In this document: positions 51,933 through 63,100 of the stretch, piece by piece
Layout of the letters: each line of letters starts with the position of its first letter
Position numbering within the stretch: position 1 is the first letter of the stretch
Origin: Trypanosoma brucei
Lineage: Eukaryota
Reading direction: 5' to 3'
Length of the DNA: 64,000 nucleotides
Assembly (NCBI GenBank): GCA_000002445.1
Contig: CP000069.1
Coordinates: 416,001 to 480,000 of the forward strand
Notes under the pieces: model-generated
Told to the model about the DNA's origin: nothing
Seen by the model: only the letters and a program-made list of their open reading frames with translations
Database searches by the model: none
Program-made: the position numbers and the translations under genes

Positions 51933-53429
51933 CTACATTACCCCCACGGCACCGCTAGACGCACCGCGTGACATTCCTTCCATCCTACGTTTCAGTAGAT
52001 ACTGTTTCTGGCGTGTCCTTTGGTAATCGTAGCGCCACACGAGCTCCTGATGGTAGTGATCCACCACACCCTGTGGGTTCCGTCCTGAGAGGAACCCAAT
52101 CTTGTATAATTTTCGCTCGAAGTCACTTGAGGCATGCCACAACGGTCCCCAGCCAAGACCGGCTAGCTCACCAGAATTAATAAGAAAACGAAGAAACGAT
52201 CGATACTCGTACTCGTCAAAGTTGCCGATTTGAATCGGATGAAAGTGTGAATCCTTCTCCGGGTCATACGGTGCGTACTCATCCAAACTATTAGCGAAAC
52301 GGTCCGTTTCAACGTTCGGAAACCCGCTAATTCCATCAAACGGCTTAAAGTCCCTTGTTGTGCACGTAATGAAGAATTTGTTAGGGTCGTCACCGGAGAG
52401 GATCATTTTATTTAACCCACGAACGAAACTGAGCCGCGAGGCGGGGATGCGCGGAAGCTCTTGCGGGTAAAGGTCAATATCAGTTGAACTTTCGTTAAAA
52501 GAAGCCAAACCACGAAGAAAGTCTGGGTGCGGATACCGGAAGTGCGTCTCGTGCGAAAAGAGGTTCCAGCCGTCCACAACAATAACAACTGGAAGCTTCT
52601 TTTCTTCACTCAATTCGTCCATGAGAAATTTAACACACACACTTTGGCGATCAATTGAGGCCGGGGCCACGGCTCGGTGTCCCCACTCGCACAACTCATA
52701 GAGGTTTTGTGGTTGCCGTTCCCCTTGTTCGGTAGGCAGGTCCTTCGGAGTGCATCTCAATTTCCATGAGGTTAGTGTTGCACGATTGGCGACGGCAAAG
52801 TACTTCAAGAAGGAGCGTGCAGCATCCGGAGCATCAAAAAATCCGGGTAAAATAGTGCTTGGCCAACACCACTCTCCGTGAGTCCAAGCTTTCGCATCTG
52901 GAACATACAGCGTCACGATATTTCTACTTCGAGCGAAGTGCACCACTTGACACATCAGTGCACTCTTTCCGCATCCGGTTGGTCCGTCGACGATAAACCC
53001 TGTTCTGCCGTTCGTCAAAGAACTAAGCACAGAACGTTTGGTATGCCAATGCTGTACTTTGTCAACAAACAAATTAAGCAGGTGCGTTTCCTTACGATAC
53101 AAGAACCCCCTCGGGTGCCCAGGGGGCATCGTCTGAAATACTCTTCCTCCTAAACCTTCTGGAAAAAATTGTATCAACTCGTCGTTACCTACACAGTACA
53201 TCGAGTTAATGTCGTTAAAGCTAAGCTGCGTTGGGGTGAGCTGCGGCGGATGCGAGTACGTCCGGCTAACGGTTCGGACGGGAACACCGTTCTTTAACTT
53301 ACGTGTTTCCTTCAGGGGAATTGCACCATCCCACATTGCTACCGGTGCTTCACAGGCGTCTGTGTAACATGTGACGGGGGGGCGCATGTACATTGCAGCC
53401 AAGCTCTTCTTTAGGGTCTTGGAGCGCAT
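51933..53429 (-). CDS. P-loop NTPase, possibly mitochondrial ribosomal protein S29 / DAP3-like, 498 aa
   Basis: Walker A GFIVDGPTGCGKSALM. Walker-B-like VVIVVDGWN. The overall length and the single P-loop placement resemble DAP3. The family assignment comes from memory only. Confidence 0.4.
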   Translation of the reverse strand: MRSKTLKKSLAAMYMRPPVTCYTDACEAPVAMWDGAIPLKETRKLKNGVPVRTVSRTYSHPPQLTPTQLSFNDINSMYCVGNDELIQFFPEGLGGRVFQTMPPGHPRGFLYRKETHLLNLFVDKVQHWHTKRSVLSSLTNGRTGFIVDGPTGCGKSALMCQVVHFARSRNIVTLYVPDAKAWTHGEWCWPSTILPGFFDAPDAARSFLKYFAVANRATLTSWKLRCTPKDLPTEQGERQPQNLYELCEWGHRAVAPASIDRQSVCVKFLMDELSEEKKLPVVIVVDGWNLFSHETHFRYPHPDFLRGLASFNESSTDIDLYPQELPRIPASRLSFVRGLNKMILSGDDPNKFFITCTTRDFKPFDGISGFPNVETDRFANSLDEYAPYDPEKDSHFHPIQIGNFDEYEYRSFLRFLINSGELAGLGWGPLWHASSDFERKLYKIGFLSGRNPQGVVDHYHQELVWRYDYQRTRQKQYLLKRRMEGMSRGASSGAVGVM

Positions 53430-53737
53430 CCCTTAGTGATTTATTGGCTTGACCTAAGTTGTCCAGCAGAAAGTAATACGGGGGGAAGTGGGAAAAATAT
53501 TTACGCACGATGAACCTCATGTAGTTCGGAGACGGTGATAGTGCAAGGGGCGTCTTTGGCCCCCCACGCACAACGTGATGCAAAAAAGTCTGAAGTCAAA
53601 AGCGTAGCTTCCTCCCTTTTCTCATCAACAGACGGCGATACACACACGCACATTTCTTTATTACTAGGGGTTTGAGTAAAACGAGAGAAAGAGCTGTCAC
53701 CACGGAGCGTGATAACCAATATGCACCCTTGTTGTGA

Positions 53738-54586
53738 CTACTGAGAAGTCATTAGGTTCTGGCATACCTTTGCAGAGCTACTGTAGGGAGGGTTTTGCAC
53801 AGCCAACTCAGCATATTTGGGGTCCTTTTCCATGCAATACGGAGTCATCGTCCACGGCACAGTTACATCTTCCGGTTCGCCTTGATGAAGAGCAATAGTC
53901 CTGATTAACCCACCGCTGGAACCGTCTCGACTGTACGCGTGCGCGACGGCGCGCTGACAGAAACGGATGCATTCTTCTTTCGTCATCCCCGGTTTGTAAT
54001 TGGCGTCGAAGAATGAATACAGGAAAACAGAACCACTTCCCCCCAGAGCATAGTCCAGCTTCACGCACGCACCACCGGTAGGAATGCTATAAACAGATCC
54101 CCCGTTCAAAGGATCATAACCAGCCACAATAATACCAGCGGTTATATTCCACTTGTTCATATAGCACAGCTTTTTGAATATATTGGCTGCTGTTGCAACA
54201 TTCACCGGCTGCGAAATATCTGTCTCATAGCTCTCTAGATAATTTGCTGTCTGCTCGGCGAGTGCCTGAGTGTCGGCGGCAGACCCACTCCGGCAGCAGT
54301 ATATCCTTTTGGCCAACTTCGTCAGCTTGTTGCTCGCGCGATTTACCACATAAGCTCCCGTGGAAGTTCGCGAATCAGCGGCCAGAACGACTCCATCCTT
54401 ATAAGAAACAGCCATGATGGTTGTTCCGAGTGAAACCGCCTCACTCAGTTGCGGGTCGAGGACTGCAGCATCTGGTTGGAAATATTCCCTTGCAGTTTGG
54501 GCTGGTCCATTTGCTGTCGGTTCATGCGCCAGCGTCAGCGGGTACGAGGGTTCGTGCAAGAGTGTACCGGGGGGGCGTCTCAACAT
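53738..54586 (-). CDS. 20S proteasome beta-1 subunit (PSMB6/Pre3 type), 282 aa including propeptide
   Basis: Processing site G|TTIMAVSYKDGVVLAADSRTSTGAYVVNRASNKL closely matches beta-1 (human PSMB6 [34 protein letters not shown]). Conserved Asp17, Lys33 and Ser/Gly contexts. Confidence 0.85.
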   Translation of the reverse strand: MLRRPPGTLLHEPSYPLTLAHEPTANGPAQTAREYFQPDAAVLDPQLSEAVSLGTTIMAVSYKDGVVLAADSRTSTGAYVVNRASNKLTKLAKRIYCCRSGSAADTQALAEQTANYLESYETDISQPVNVATAANIFKKLCYMNKWNITAGIIVAGYDPLNGGSVYSIPTGGACVKLDYALGGSGSVFLYSFFDANYKPGMTKEECIRFCQRAVAHAYSRDGSSGGLIRTIALHQGEPEDVTVPWTMTPYCMEKDPKYAELAVQNPPYSSSAKVCQNLMTSQ

Positions 54587-54830
54587 TCTTTCTTATTTCT
54601 GGATTTCTTTGTGGGAAACTTTGTTAAACTCCGAAAAAAAAAATAGATGTCATAAGTATCGGCTAGTGAGACCGGGGGAGCGGTGTGACACTGACAGGGT
54701 TAACTAAGTGATGTTCCCACCACGCAAAAATAGTTGACAAGTTAAGCTCCACTATCGGCATTGGACTCTCCCCCCTTTTGGTTCTTCTTTTTCTCCGTGT
54801 TAAGAACAACTGGAGGACAAGAGGTACTTA

Positions 54831-55478
54831 CTAGAATATAGTGAATGTTTTCTTGAGCTCCTCGCCCACATTATGGTCCGTTGGGTTTGCCATCGCCTCA
54901 TATACAACATTAGTCGCCGTCTGCTGGTAAACCGGTCTCCCCGTCGACTCGCCGAAAAGTTCTATCCGAAGTATGTGGGTTTCGTCGTCTCCGAAACTAT
55001 GCTCGAATAGCATTCCCATACACCCTGCTGAGGAAAATTTCGCCGGGTTCAAACGGTACGCTATGCGGTCGTCGGCAGACACCTGGGCGAGTTGAATCTC
55101 CTCCTGGTGTTGTAAACGTCGAACGGAATCAAATCCAACAACACCGGTGGGGTTGCAGAACAGCTTCACTTGGGAAGGGGCGAAATCGTCATTGGTTCCA
55201 AGGATCGATACGGATCTAATACGGCAAACCTCCTTGAGTGGAATGAGCAAAAGCAACTCCGGGTCAGCATCACTACATATTGGTTGATCGTTGTCACCTT
55301 TCGCCGGATCAAAGATACGCGCTGCCTCTGAAACACTATTTCGCGAATTCCACAGCTGCAAAAGATCAACGTCCACTTGTGCATTTAGTGGCGACCCCAC
55401 ACCAAACATACCGCCGCGCGCAAATCCGTCCTGAAGATGATCATGTGTCCCTGTGCCTTGACGGCAGTTGCAAGGCAT
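54831..55478 (-). CDS. PITH-domain protein (proteasome-interacting thioredoxin C-terminal-domain family, DUF1000), 215 aa
   Basis: ...LLLIPLKEVCRIRSVSILGTNDDFAPSQVKLFCNP...FDSV...AYRLNPAKFSSAGCMGMLFEHSFGDDETHILRIELFGESTG is PITH-like. Start re-called to the Met at 55478, because the upstream 44 codons are poly-Phe/Leu translated from an A/T run. Confidence 0.6.
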   Translation of the reverse strand: MPCNCRQGTGTHDHLQDGFARGGMFGVGSPLNAQVDVDLLQLWNSRNSVSEAARIFDPAKGDNDQPICSDADPELLLLIPLKEVCRIRSVSILGTNDDFAPSQVKLFCNPTGVVGFDSVRRLQHQEEIQLAQVSADDRIAYRLNPAKFSSAGCMGMLFEHSFGDDETHILRIELFGESTGRPVYQQTATNVVYEAMANPTDHNVGEELKKTFTIF

Positions 55479-55787
55479 CAACTGTTTATTTATTTTTTTT
55501 AGCTCATCCAAAAACAATCCATCGCAACATGAGGTAAATGAGCGCAAAAAAAAAAAGGTCAACAACGAAAGGGCGGTAAAGAAAAAACAAAACAAAAAGC
55601 AGCGCTCCACTAAACATTATCAGAAATAATGGAGACTTTCAAGGAGGCACGCACATCATGATAACAAAAGCACGATGAAAGTACGGAGACGGCTTCACTC
55701 CGCTCACACAGCGAACACCGTCGTTAATGTGAATCTTACTTCTCATTAAATACCCCATGCACACACACGACGAAAGAAATCATCCCT

Positions 55788-56687
55788 CTACTGGCATTTC
55801 CCCGGCGCAAAGAGCGCGGTATGATATCTGAACATTTCGTAAGTGACAGCGGAGGGAGGCATTATACCTTGCTCAGAAAAAACAAGCGTGACCATCGATG
55901 GAGGAACAAATTCTACGAGGGGTACATCGCTACTCCCTTCGGGCTGCCTGAGATCTGCGGTGCTGAGGGGGAAAATGTGGGCAAACTTAAAGGTTTCACA
56001 GAGGACGTAGAAGGGAACATTCATAGCAGATGCCACTGTTGCTATTTGTAGGGATCCCGTTGAATGAACGAGCCCTCCATGCTCGGTAACACAGTAAGCA
56101 CCGGTGACGACAAAGTCTACTTTGCTCATAACAGCGCCTACACCGGCATCTGGTATGATGGTGCAGTATTGCTGAAGCTTTTCTTTAAGTTTCAACCCTT
56201 CATGAGTTGCAGATGCTTTTCTTAAAAGTGCCTCACCAGTACCCTGAGGGTACTTTGCTGTTGCCGGACGACCCTCACAAATGTAAAAATGAACACCCTC
56301 CCGCTCCTGAATGGCACAGGCAATCGCGAGAGCCAACAAATCACCACAACCGTGAACCAGTATTCGCGAGGTGCTTCGGATGAAAGGAAGCATGTCATTG
56401 ATTTGGTCTTTTTGGCTGCACTCAAAATCCCTGAGTCGTGACTCGCACCGTGCATTCATGTCAACTAAACTACTCCTTAAGTCTGGGCTGTTTGCCGCGT
56501 CTTTAGTTAGGTCTATGCGAAAGCGCTCAAAGCCGTCACCGATAGACTTGTAGCCCTTCAACATATTCGTTATTTCCTTATCGAGCTCTGAATATGTTGA
56601 AAACTGTTTAGATGTCAGCAGCTCTTGCACCTCCTTCACCACCCTGATCATGATGCTAATATCATAGTCATCATGGGGCACTTCCAT
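55788..56687 (-). CDS. eIF-2B alpha/beta/delta-family protein (most like eIF2B-alpha/GCN3; a sugar-phosphate isomerase of the same fold is the alternative), 299 aa
   Basis: ILVHGCGDLL, GRPATAKYPQGTGEAL, VDFVVTGAYCVTEHGGLVHSTGSLQIATVASAMNVPFYVLCETFKF match the IF-2B family core. Start re-called to the Met at 56687 (MEVPHDDYD). Confidence 0.6.
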   Translation of the reverse strand: MEVPHDDYDISIMIRVVKEVQELLTSKQFSTYSELDKEITNMLKGYKSIGDGFERFRIDLTKDAANSPDLRSSLVDMNARCESRLRDFECSQKDQINDMLPFIRSTSRILVHGCGDLLALAIACAIQEREGVHFYICEGRPATAKYPQGTGEALLRKASATHEGLKLKEKLQQYCTIIPDAGVGAVMSKVDFVVTGAYCVTEHGGLVHSTGSLQIATVASAMNVPFYVLCETFKFAHIFPLSTADLRQPEGSSDVPLVEFVPPSMVTLVFSEQGIMPPSAVTYEMFRYHTALFAPGKCQ

Positions 56688-56928
56688 GTTTACTCCCCCC
56701 TTGATAGACACACTAGACCCAAAAGCAAACCGACATGAGTAGCAGCAATAACAGGAACATGAAAGCATCAATAGAAAGTGACGTTTTTTTTTTTTTTGAA
56801 GGTAGCGAGTAAAGAAGGGTAAACCAGCAGTTATCAGGCACTGAGATGGTAATACAGTCGATCTGGAGAAATGATTCACTTCTCTGTGTGGACACAAAAA
56901 TACGCATAGATAGGACCAACAATGGGTG

Positions 56929-59631
56929 TTAAAGTGACTCTATAAAGAGCAGAACTTCTTGGCAATAATCAGGAACCTGATGTTTCGCCATCGCGTCCAT
57001 GACCAAATCTTTTGTCACAGAGGGCGCCAAAATAGCAGTTTCCTTGAGCACACCCACAAGGATGGGCTTCAGTCCCACAGTCTCGTCATGATCATCTAGG
57101 TGTATCAACAGCTTCTTGAGTAATGGAGTGGCCTGTGATAATATCTCGTCTATAACAATCGGGCAGACTTCATTCTTATTTTCTAAAATGGCTAACAATC
57201 CCGACGCAGCTTTTGCACGTATCATGTCATTGGAATCATCGAACCGCAGGATAATTGACTGCAATATGTCGCTAGCGGACCCCGCATTAATCGGTAAATA
57301 AGAAAGGTTCGGTACATTGACCATGCACATCAGCCTCATTTCGGGGTCATCCGCATCCGATGCATTGCACCAGTTGGTCACAACCTTTGAAGAGAGAGCA
57401 AAGGCATTGTCACACAACGAAGGCTCCAGCAATTTGCGGTGCCACTCCTGCAGCAGAGCACACTGGGAGCTTACGGCAACCTTTCGAAACAGATGTGCCT
57501 GACCACCAGGACGGAAGGCCCCTAGAGGTAAAATAACGACTCGAAGCACCTCCTCCAACTGACGCCCTGAAAACACTGGCACTTTCCGCCAGAGAAGTTC
57601 CTCCAGCATACGCATATACTGCAAACAGTCAGTGACGCGTTGTGTGAAGTCAATGTCACTTAGTTTCAGTAAAAATATATTAGACAGCTGCTCGCCGTAC
57701 ATACCGATATTGCTCGAACTCAGCACAAGGTCGGAGAACGCACTAACAGGCATTCGAGTTCCGTAGCGGGATAAAATTCTTTTAAAGTGTAAGTCATAAA
57801 TAGCTCCCGGCTGCCCCGTAACGACAGTGGATAGGTGCGCAGTGCATTTCGAGACACGTTCCTGCACGGAAGGAAAACTGGAAGATCGTAGGCAAAGGAA
57901 AGCATACAGCAACACTGAGTCAAGCGTCCGTTGATTTACATCGTCGCGAACTTCCTGGGGTAGTGGGTTATCTGGTGTGGCGACAAAATCACGCTCCCCC
58001 AGAACCTTTATAACCACATCGAGAGTATCCAAGAGAGAACACAGTAGAGCTTCAGAATCGCTTTCCAATACGTCACTTTTCGTCATTGCACTTACGATAT
58101 GTGTGGCATTCGTCGCTGACAGCAGCGATTTCGAACCTTCTATAAGATACCGAAATGCAACCAAAATGCTGCACTTAACCGACGCAGCAGCGGTCGAAAA
58201 AAGCGTGGGGGAGTTGGTTGCCTCACCGTTTGCTGATGAAATGACAACAGTCTTCGAGCGTGACTGAATGACAGTAGGCTGTGATGCCTCAGATTCTTTC
58301 GGTGCTTCCTTCGAAGTCAAAAACGGTAAATACTGATCCGGTGTGAGGAACTTCCCCAAAATTTCCAAGCAGATAAGAGATTCTTGGACAACGTCCTGAC
58401 TGTCCCTTAGAGACTTGTACAACACACCCAAAATTTGCTCCACGAACTGTACGACAGATTTCTCAGTGTGGTAAATAGACATCCACAATATGCGTAACGC
58501 AACAACGCGTCTGTTGTTGGAAGAAAATGGAACGACCCAATCTATCGCGCAGACATCTGCAAAAACAGTCTCTATAAAACCACGTAACGACTCAGCAACC
58601 ACATAACGGGCGCCCAAAGATGGTCGGCGTCGAAGAACAGGATAAAGACTTGTATCAACTGTAGTTAGTGACATGTCAGGATACTCCTCATCTCCATACC
58701 ATTCAATATCCTTCATGGTAACCCTTCTCTTCGTTATATCGATGGTGTTGTCTTCGTTATCGAGAAGGTACTGTTTTCCCATATTTTCTAGTACCTGGAG
58801 TGCTTTCTCTGAGACAGCAGGAAAGTGATCAGTCACAAGAAGTAACAGATGGGGAAGTAGCCTTCGGTGCTGATCTTGACGTTCCTGTATGTCCAAAAGC
58901 GACATGGAAAGAAGGTCTACGAGGGCCGACCGCACAACCTCAGCATGATCATTCGCCAAAACAAACAATGTGTACGCAGTTGTCCGGTTTGCGGGTTCAT
59001 CCTTGCCGTCGGCAAGGATCTCCACGGCTCCTCGTTGTATGAGTGACGCCAGTGTCCGCGCAGCCTCTGCCCGAACCACACTGTGTTTGTGTAGTAGACA
59101 GTTTTTTACGACTTTTGCCAAGGGAAGGGACACGTGCTTCACTTGTACAGGCTCAATTTCGCAGAGCCGTACACAGGCGCGACAAGCCTCCTTCTTTAGA
59201 TCAGGGTAGGCGTCTCGCAGACAATTTTCAAGCAGTACCTGCAAAAAATCGATATAGTTCCGAGGCCCGATTTCATGGGGGAAAGTTTCCATGCAAAGCA
59301 CCGCAAGCCTCAATAATAGAAGTCGCAGTTCCTCACTTTCCTCCGCAACGGGCGAAACACCTATTCGCGTTACCACTGCCGGCAAAACCCAGTCGAGGAC
59401 AGACGGCGGCTGCCTCACAAGAATAGACGATACAATTTGAATGGCGTACTCACGACACCTCTCAGCACTGTCCTCAAACCCCCGAAGGCAACTACGGAGC
59501 AAATCGAACTCTTTTCCTTCTGTTAGCTTGCCGTCTGAACACAGATCAAGGAGTTTGGTGTACGCCTGCAACCGCTTTGGCCGAGCAACATCGGAAAGTT
59601 CATTCAAATGCTTGGGGAAGAGATCCATCAA
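56929..59631 (-). CDS. HEAT/ARM-repeat protein, 900 aa. Possibly a dynein-assembly-factor-5 / HEATR2-like scaffold, though that is speculative
   Basis: Long, helical, Leu-rich repeat character throughout. No enzymatic motif. Confidence 0.5.
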   Translation of the reverse strand: MMDLFPKHLNELSDVARPKRLQAYTKLLDLCSDGKLTEGKEFDLLRSCLRGFEDSAERCREYAIQIVSSILVRQPPSVLDWVLPAVVTRIGVSPVAEESEELRLLLLRLAVLCMETFPHEIGPRNYIDFLQVLLENCLRDAYPDLKKEACRACVRLCEIEPVQVKHVSLPLAKVVKNCLLHKHSVVRAEAARTLASLIQRGAVEILADGKDEPANRTTAYTLFVLANDHAEVVRSALVDLLSMSLLDIQERQDQHRRLLPHLLLLVTDHFPAVSEKALQVLENMGKQYLLDNEDNTIDITKRRVTMKDIEWYGDEEYPDMSLTTVDTSLYPVLRRRPSLGARYVVAESLRGFIETVFADVCAIDWVVPFSSNNRRVVALRILWMSIYHTEKSVVQFVEQILGVLYKSLRDSQDVVQESLICLEILGKFLTPDQYLPFLTSKEAPKESEASQPTVIQSRSKTVVISSANGEATNSPTLFSTAAASVKCSILVAFRYLIEGSKSLLSATNATHIVSAMTKSDVLESDSEALLCSLLDTLDVVIKVLGERDFVATPDNPLPQEVRDDVNQRTLDSVLLYAFLCLRSSSFPSVQERVSKCTAHLSTVVTGQPGAIYDLHFKRILSRYGTRMPVSAFSDLVLSSSNIGMYGEQLSNIFLLKLSDIDFTQRVTDCLQYMRMLEELLWRKVPVFSGRQLEEVLRVVILPLGAFRPGGQAHLFRKVAVSSQCALLQEWHRKLLEPSLCDNAFALSSKVVTNWCNASDADDPEMRLMCMVNVPNLSYLPINAGSASDILQSIILRFDDSNDMIRAKAASGLLAILENKNEVCPIVIDEILSQATPLLKKLLIHLDDHDETVGLKPILVGVLKETAILAPSVTKDLVMDAMAKHQVPDYCQEVLLFIESL

Positions 59632-60071
59632 GTACCAAACAAGGGCTATATCAACACTATGAACGTTGGAAAACTGATGTGAGTAATAAAATTATAGAGG
59701 AAAGCAGTGTAGATATAAACAAATTGTCCGTGGTTAACAATCAGTGGTCGCTCCTACTTCCCTCATAATAGGCTAACAAAGTGAACCTTCGTTTTTTTTC
59801 AACACGCAATAGTAAAGTTATGGCGAGCGCCCGAAGGTGGACCAAGTACCTACGGCGATAGTTACGTCATATCAGAAATATGAATACGTTTGACATAGTT
59901 TCAAATTGCAACGGGAACCGTCCTGGTGTTTTCTGCACTGTACAGCAGGGCCTGAGGTTGTCAAGCCCCACACGCCAAAGATTATCTACCATCAACGTTT
60001 GCTTCTTTCGTGGTAGAAACGCGGCAGACCATCAACACGTTGACTCCACATCCCCCCCCAAAAAAAAAACC

Positions 60072-60148
60072 GTATGGCTACCATTTAATGTGTAGCACCG
60101 CAGAGCAGGGCATCTCAGAGCGACAAACACATTAAATGGTAACCATAC
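60072..60148. repeat. Inverted repeat: 22-bp arms (gtatggctaccatttaatgtgt / acacattaaatggtaaccatac, one mismatch) around a 33-bp spacer, immediately preceded by a C9A9 homopolymer pair at 60052..60069
   Basis: Read directly from the sequence. Could form a hairpin or cruciform with a 22-bp stem. Confidence 0.85.
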
Positions 60149-63100
60149 TTGATACTGTAAAGTAATACAACACCCCTATCTGTTGTCTTTCCGCGATTCA
60201 CCAGTAAATGCTCACTTAGAAAGGTATATAGTTTCACGTGAACGTAGAATGATTAAGCGAATAAAAATCAGATTAACAACAACGAATAAGCGTTTTACCT
60301 CACGGTGTGCAACAATATTTTCTGCTGTATGACGGTCATCTACCTTCGACGATGCCTCTGCAAACATACGGAACAAGCCACAAGATCCAGGCTATCACGG
60401 CGTGCATCACCAAAGGGACCGATCAACCACCCTGAAGGAGAGAATTAATGCCCCAGTGATGTGTAAGAAAAATCTCATTCGAGATATGTTTATTTCGCCT
60501 TGTCGCTGAATAGTTGCCTTGTCCTCCGTGTCTGAAACACAAGCACAATAATCAGCTTGGTTTCCTCTTCCGAGAGTGAGCCTAACTTTGTAGCTGTGCA
60601 TGCACTTCCAACAAGCATCTTCCAATTTACAAATGCTATGGGTTGCCACACTTAGTTGTACGTCAATTCCTTGCCTCACATTATGATCATCCTAAAAGGC
60701 GCGAAATTTTCGTGTCTTATATGTGCCACCCCAGTTGTAGTCGCCCTTTATGTGCCTTATGTTGTCATGCATATCGAAAACAGGCAAGATACATTTAAAA
60801 AAACGATACCGATTATCCTCAATGGTATTTATTAAGCAAGGGCTGATTTCTTTCACGAATAGAGAACGAACAAAGTGAGGAGCCTGCGTTCTTCATCGCT
60901 AAAGTGTGCGTAAAACACGACCCCACCATTTTTCAAACGATCGTCGAACCGAAACTTGAAAAGCAACTGAGAATAAACCGCGGTTCCGCTGAGAGGTACC
61001 TAATGATGCTTCCATTTCATTTTATACAGTGCTCTCCAACCAGGCAGAAATAACTCTGTGAACAGTAAAACGTCGACGATATTTATCGATAGATACGTCA
61101 ATGTAGGAACAGTTTCCACACGGATCCTATATTATGTGCTGCCTCGTCAATGGCAGACAAAAAATACAACGGTTACACTTTCTACAGCAAACTAAAGCAC
61201 CTACCAAAATAATTTCTGTCCATGCGGCGCGGCCACTCGGATCCTAAGCCCCCCCTCAAGCACAAAAAACTGCAATCACAGCCACATTCCATGCCGCCAG
61301 TTGGTGTGCACACGCCACTCACAACGGCAACAGACACCGTGGTAAACGCGCCGAAGTACTTTGTGCTGTTTTTTTTTTCCAAATTCTCCAGAACAAGAAA
61401 GACCTCACCAAGAAGGAACAGATAGAGGCGGACCACGCCCATCCAAAATTTCAACGTACGCTACGGCCATCACGAACGAGTTCACAGATGACGCAAGAAT
61501 ACCAATGCAGCCACAAACACAGGCGCGCGGCTGCAAATGAAAGACTCTCCGTCTCAACCTCCCGAGCCCTCAGAAACTGAACAACACTCAGTTGGCAGCG
61601 GTTACCGGTTGTCGGAAAAGTCTTCGTCACACAGGGGCAACGTATCAGCAAATACGAAGTTGTCCCGATTCCGTCGGGAAACCATAGCCTTACCGGCTGC
61701 AGTCTCCGGCCACATGTCAGAATTGACCCACGCAAGCCGCGTCAACAACGTACCAGAAGCGAGCGGACAGCAGTGCAGGAAGGTAGGCATGGATGACCTC
61801 AAGTGGAGAGCACAAGGGGAAGCGTCCCCTTCCAATTCTCTCCAGAGAAAAGGTAGTGAAAAGGATTTGGGAACCGCTGCTGGTTCTCTTTTTTTCTTTC
61901 TCTTGATTCCCTCTGAGCCGCTGTGGCACGCTGAACGAAAATTTCACCACATGGGGCGAACGGGCCGCGCAGGCAGAACGTAATACAAACGAGAAAGGGT
62001 CATACCACCTCGACCCGCCAACGCCAGGCAGTCATGCGGCGATGCAACGAAAGAAACATGAATACCTCGGAGCAGGACAGCGGCTTTTGCCACGTCCCCG
62101 GCAAACTATCGTTAGGGTAACCCGTTTCCAGGGGAGGGGGCTTATCATTAAGGGGTCGGGCAGTATCACCGACAGCAGATTCCCTAATTTTTAATTATTG
62201 GGGATAAACAACCCGGTGCCCCGGGTCGAATCATAAACCCTCTTCATCTCGGCGTTTCACACCCCTTTATGCGTGGGAACAGATCCACTCCTTCCCCCAC
62301 ACACAAATTTTTTGAAAGTGTCTAAGAGTGCACACCATTTCCCTTATTTTTTATTTTGTTCTGGGATTCCCATTTCTACACATCGGAAACTATGACCTTC
62401 GGCCCCCAATCTTTTCTTACTTCCCTTTTGGAGAATTGTGCCTCTCCCTCCCCGTCGACACCCAATCGGCGTTACCAGACAACATTGACGGGTCGGGGCC
62501 ACCTCAGCAGGAAGCTCTCCGACTCCAAGGAGATGCCTGGTGAAGCGGTGAAGAACCTTACGAACAAGTGGACAACATTTTCCCTGAGTCGTGTGACCCA
62601 ACCCTGCCGGAGCGGGGCCACTGCCCTTCAGTGACAGCGTGAGGTCACAGCACCGATATCGAAGCAAGTAAAGAAGCCTGATGACCTAAGGGCACGTCGT
62701 TCAACAAAATTTAAACCGGGTGCGTGCAATATGCAGTATCAGGTTTTTTTCTTTTTTGCGTCGCATGTCGTGTGTACGGCCAGCCCACTTGCAGCAGTAT
62801 GCCCACAGAAGCACACGCGCAAACTGAAAAAGCAACAGCCGGTTTTAGCAGACAGCATCCAGCAAAGATTAGCTAAGTATTTTATTTACGCCCTTTAAAG
62901 AAGAAAACAGGCGTTCTAAGACTCGGGGTCATCAAAGGCCAAAAGTACACTTTCCCGGCTGCGAATGCCTTCTTTCAGACGTCGGATGCCCCTGGCCGCT
63001 TCATGCGTGGTAAAAAGCTTCCGCGCGTACTCACGGCCAAGTACAAGAAAAGGAAAAGAAACCGATTACGTGGTCGTTCTACAAAACTTATAGTCGGGAA

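Noticed and set aside
61537-61983. 148-aa plus-strand ORF in the gene-free block
   Set aside because: Isolated. It overlaps three minus-strand ORFs of similar size and has no recognisable motifs. It is treated as part of the non-coding or decayed region rather than as a gene.
62205-62245. 'acccggtgccccgggtcgaatcataaaccc', which looked tRNA-T-arm-like (GGTCGAATC)
   Set aside because: No 5-bp T-stem/7-nt loop geometry, and no acceptor stem, D-arm or anticodon arm nearby on either strand. Not a tRNA.
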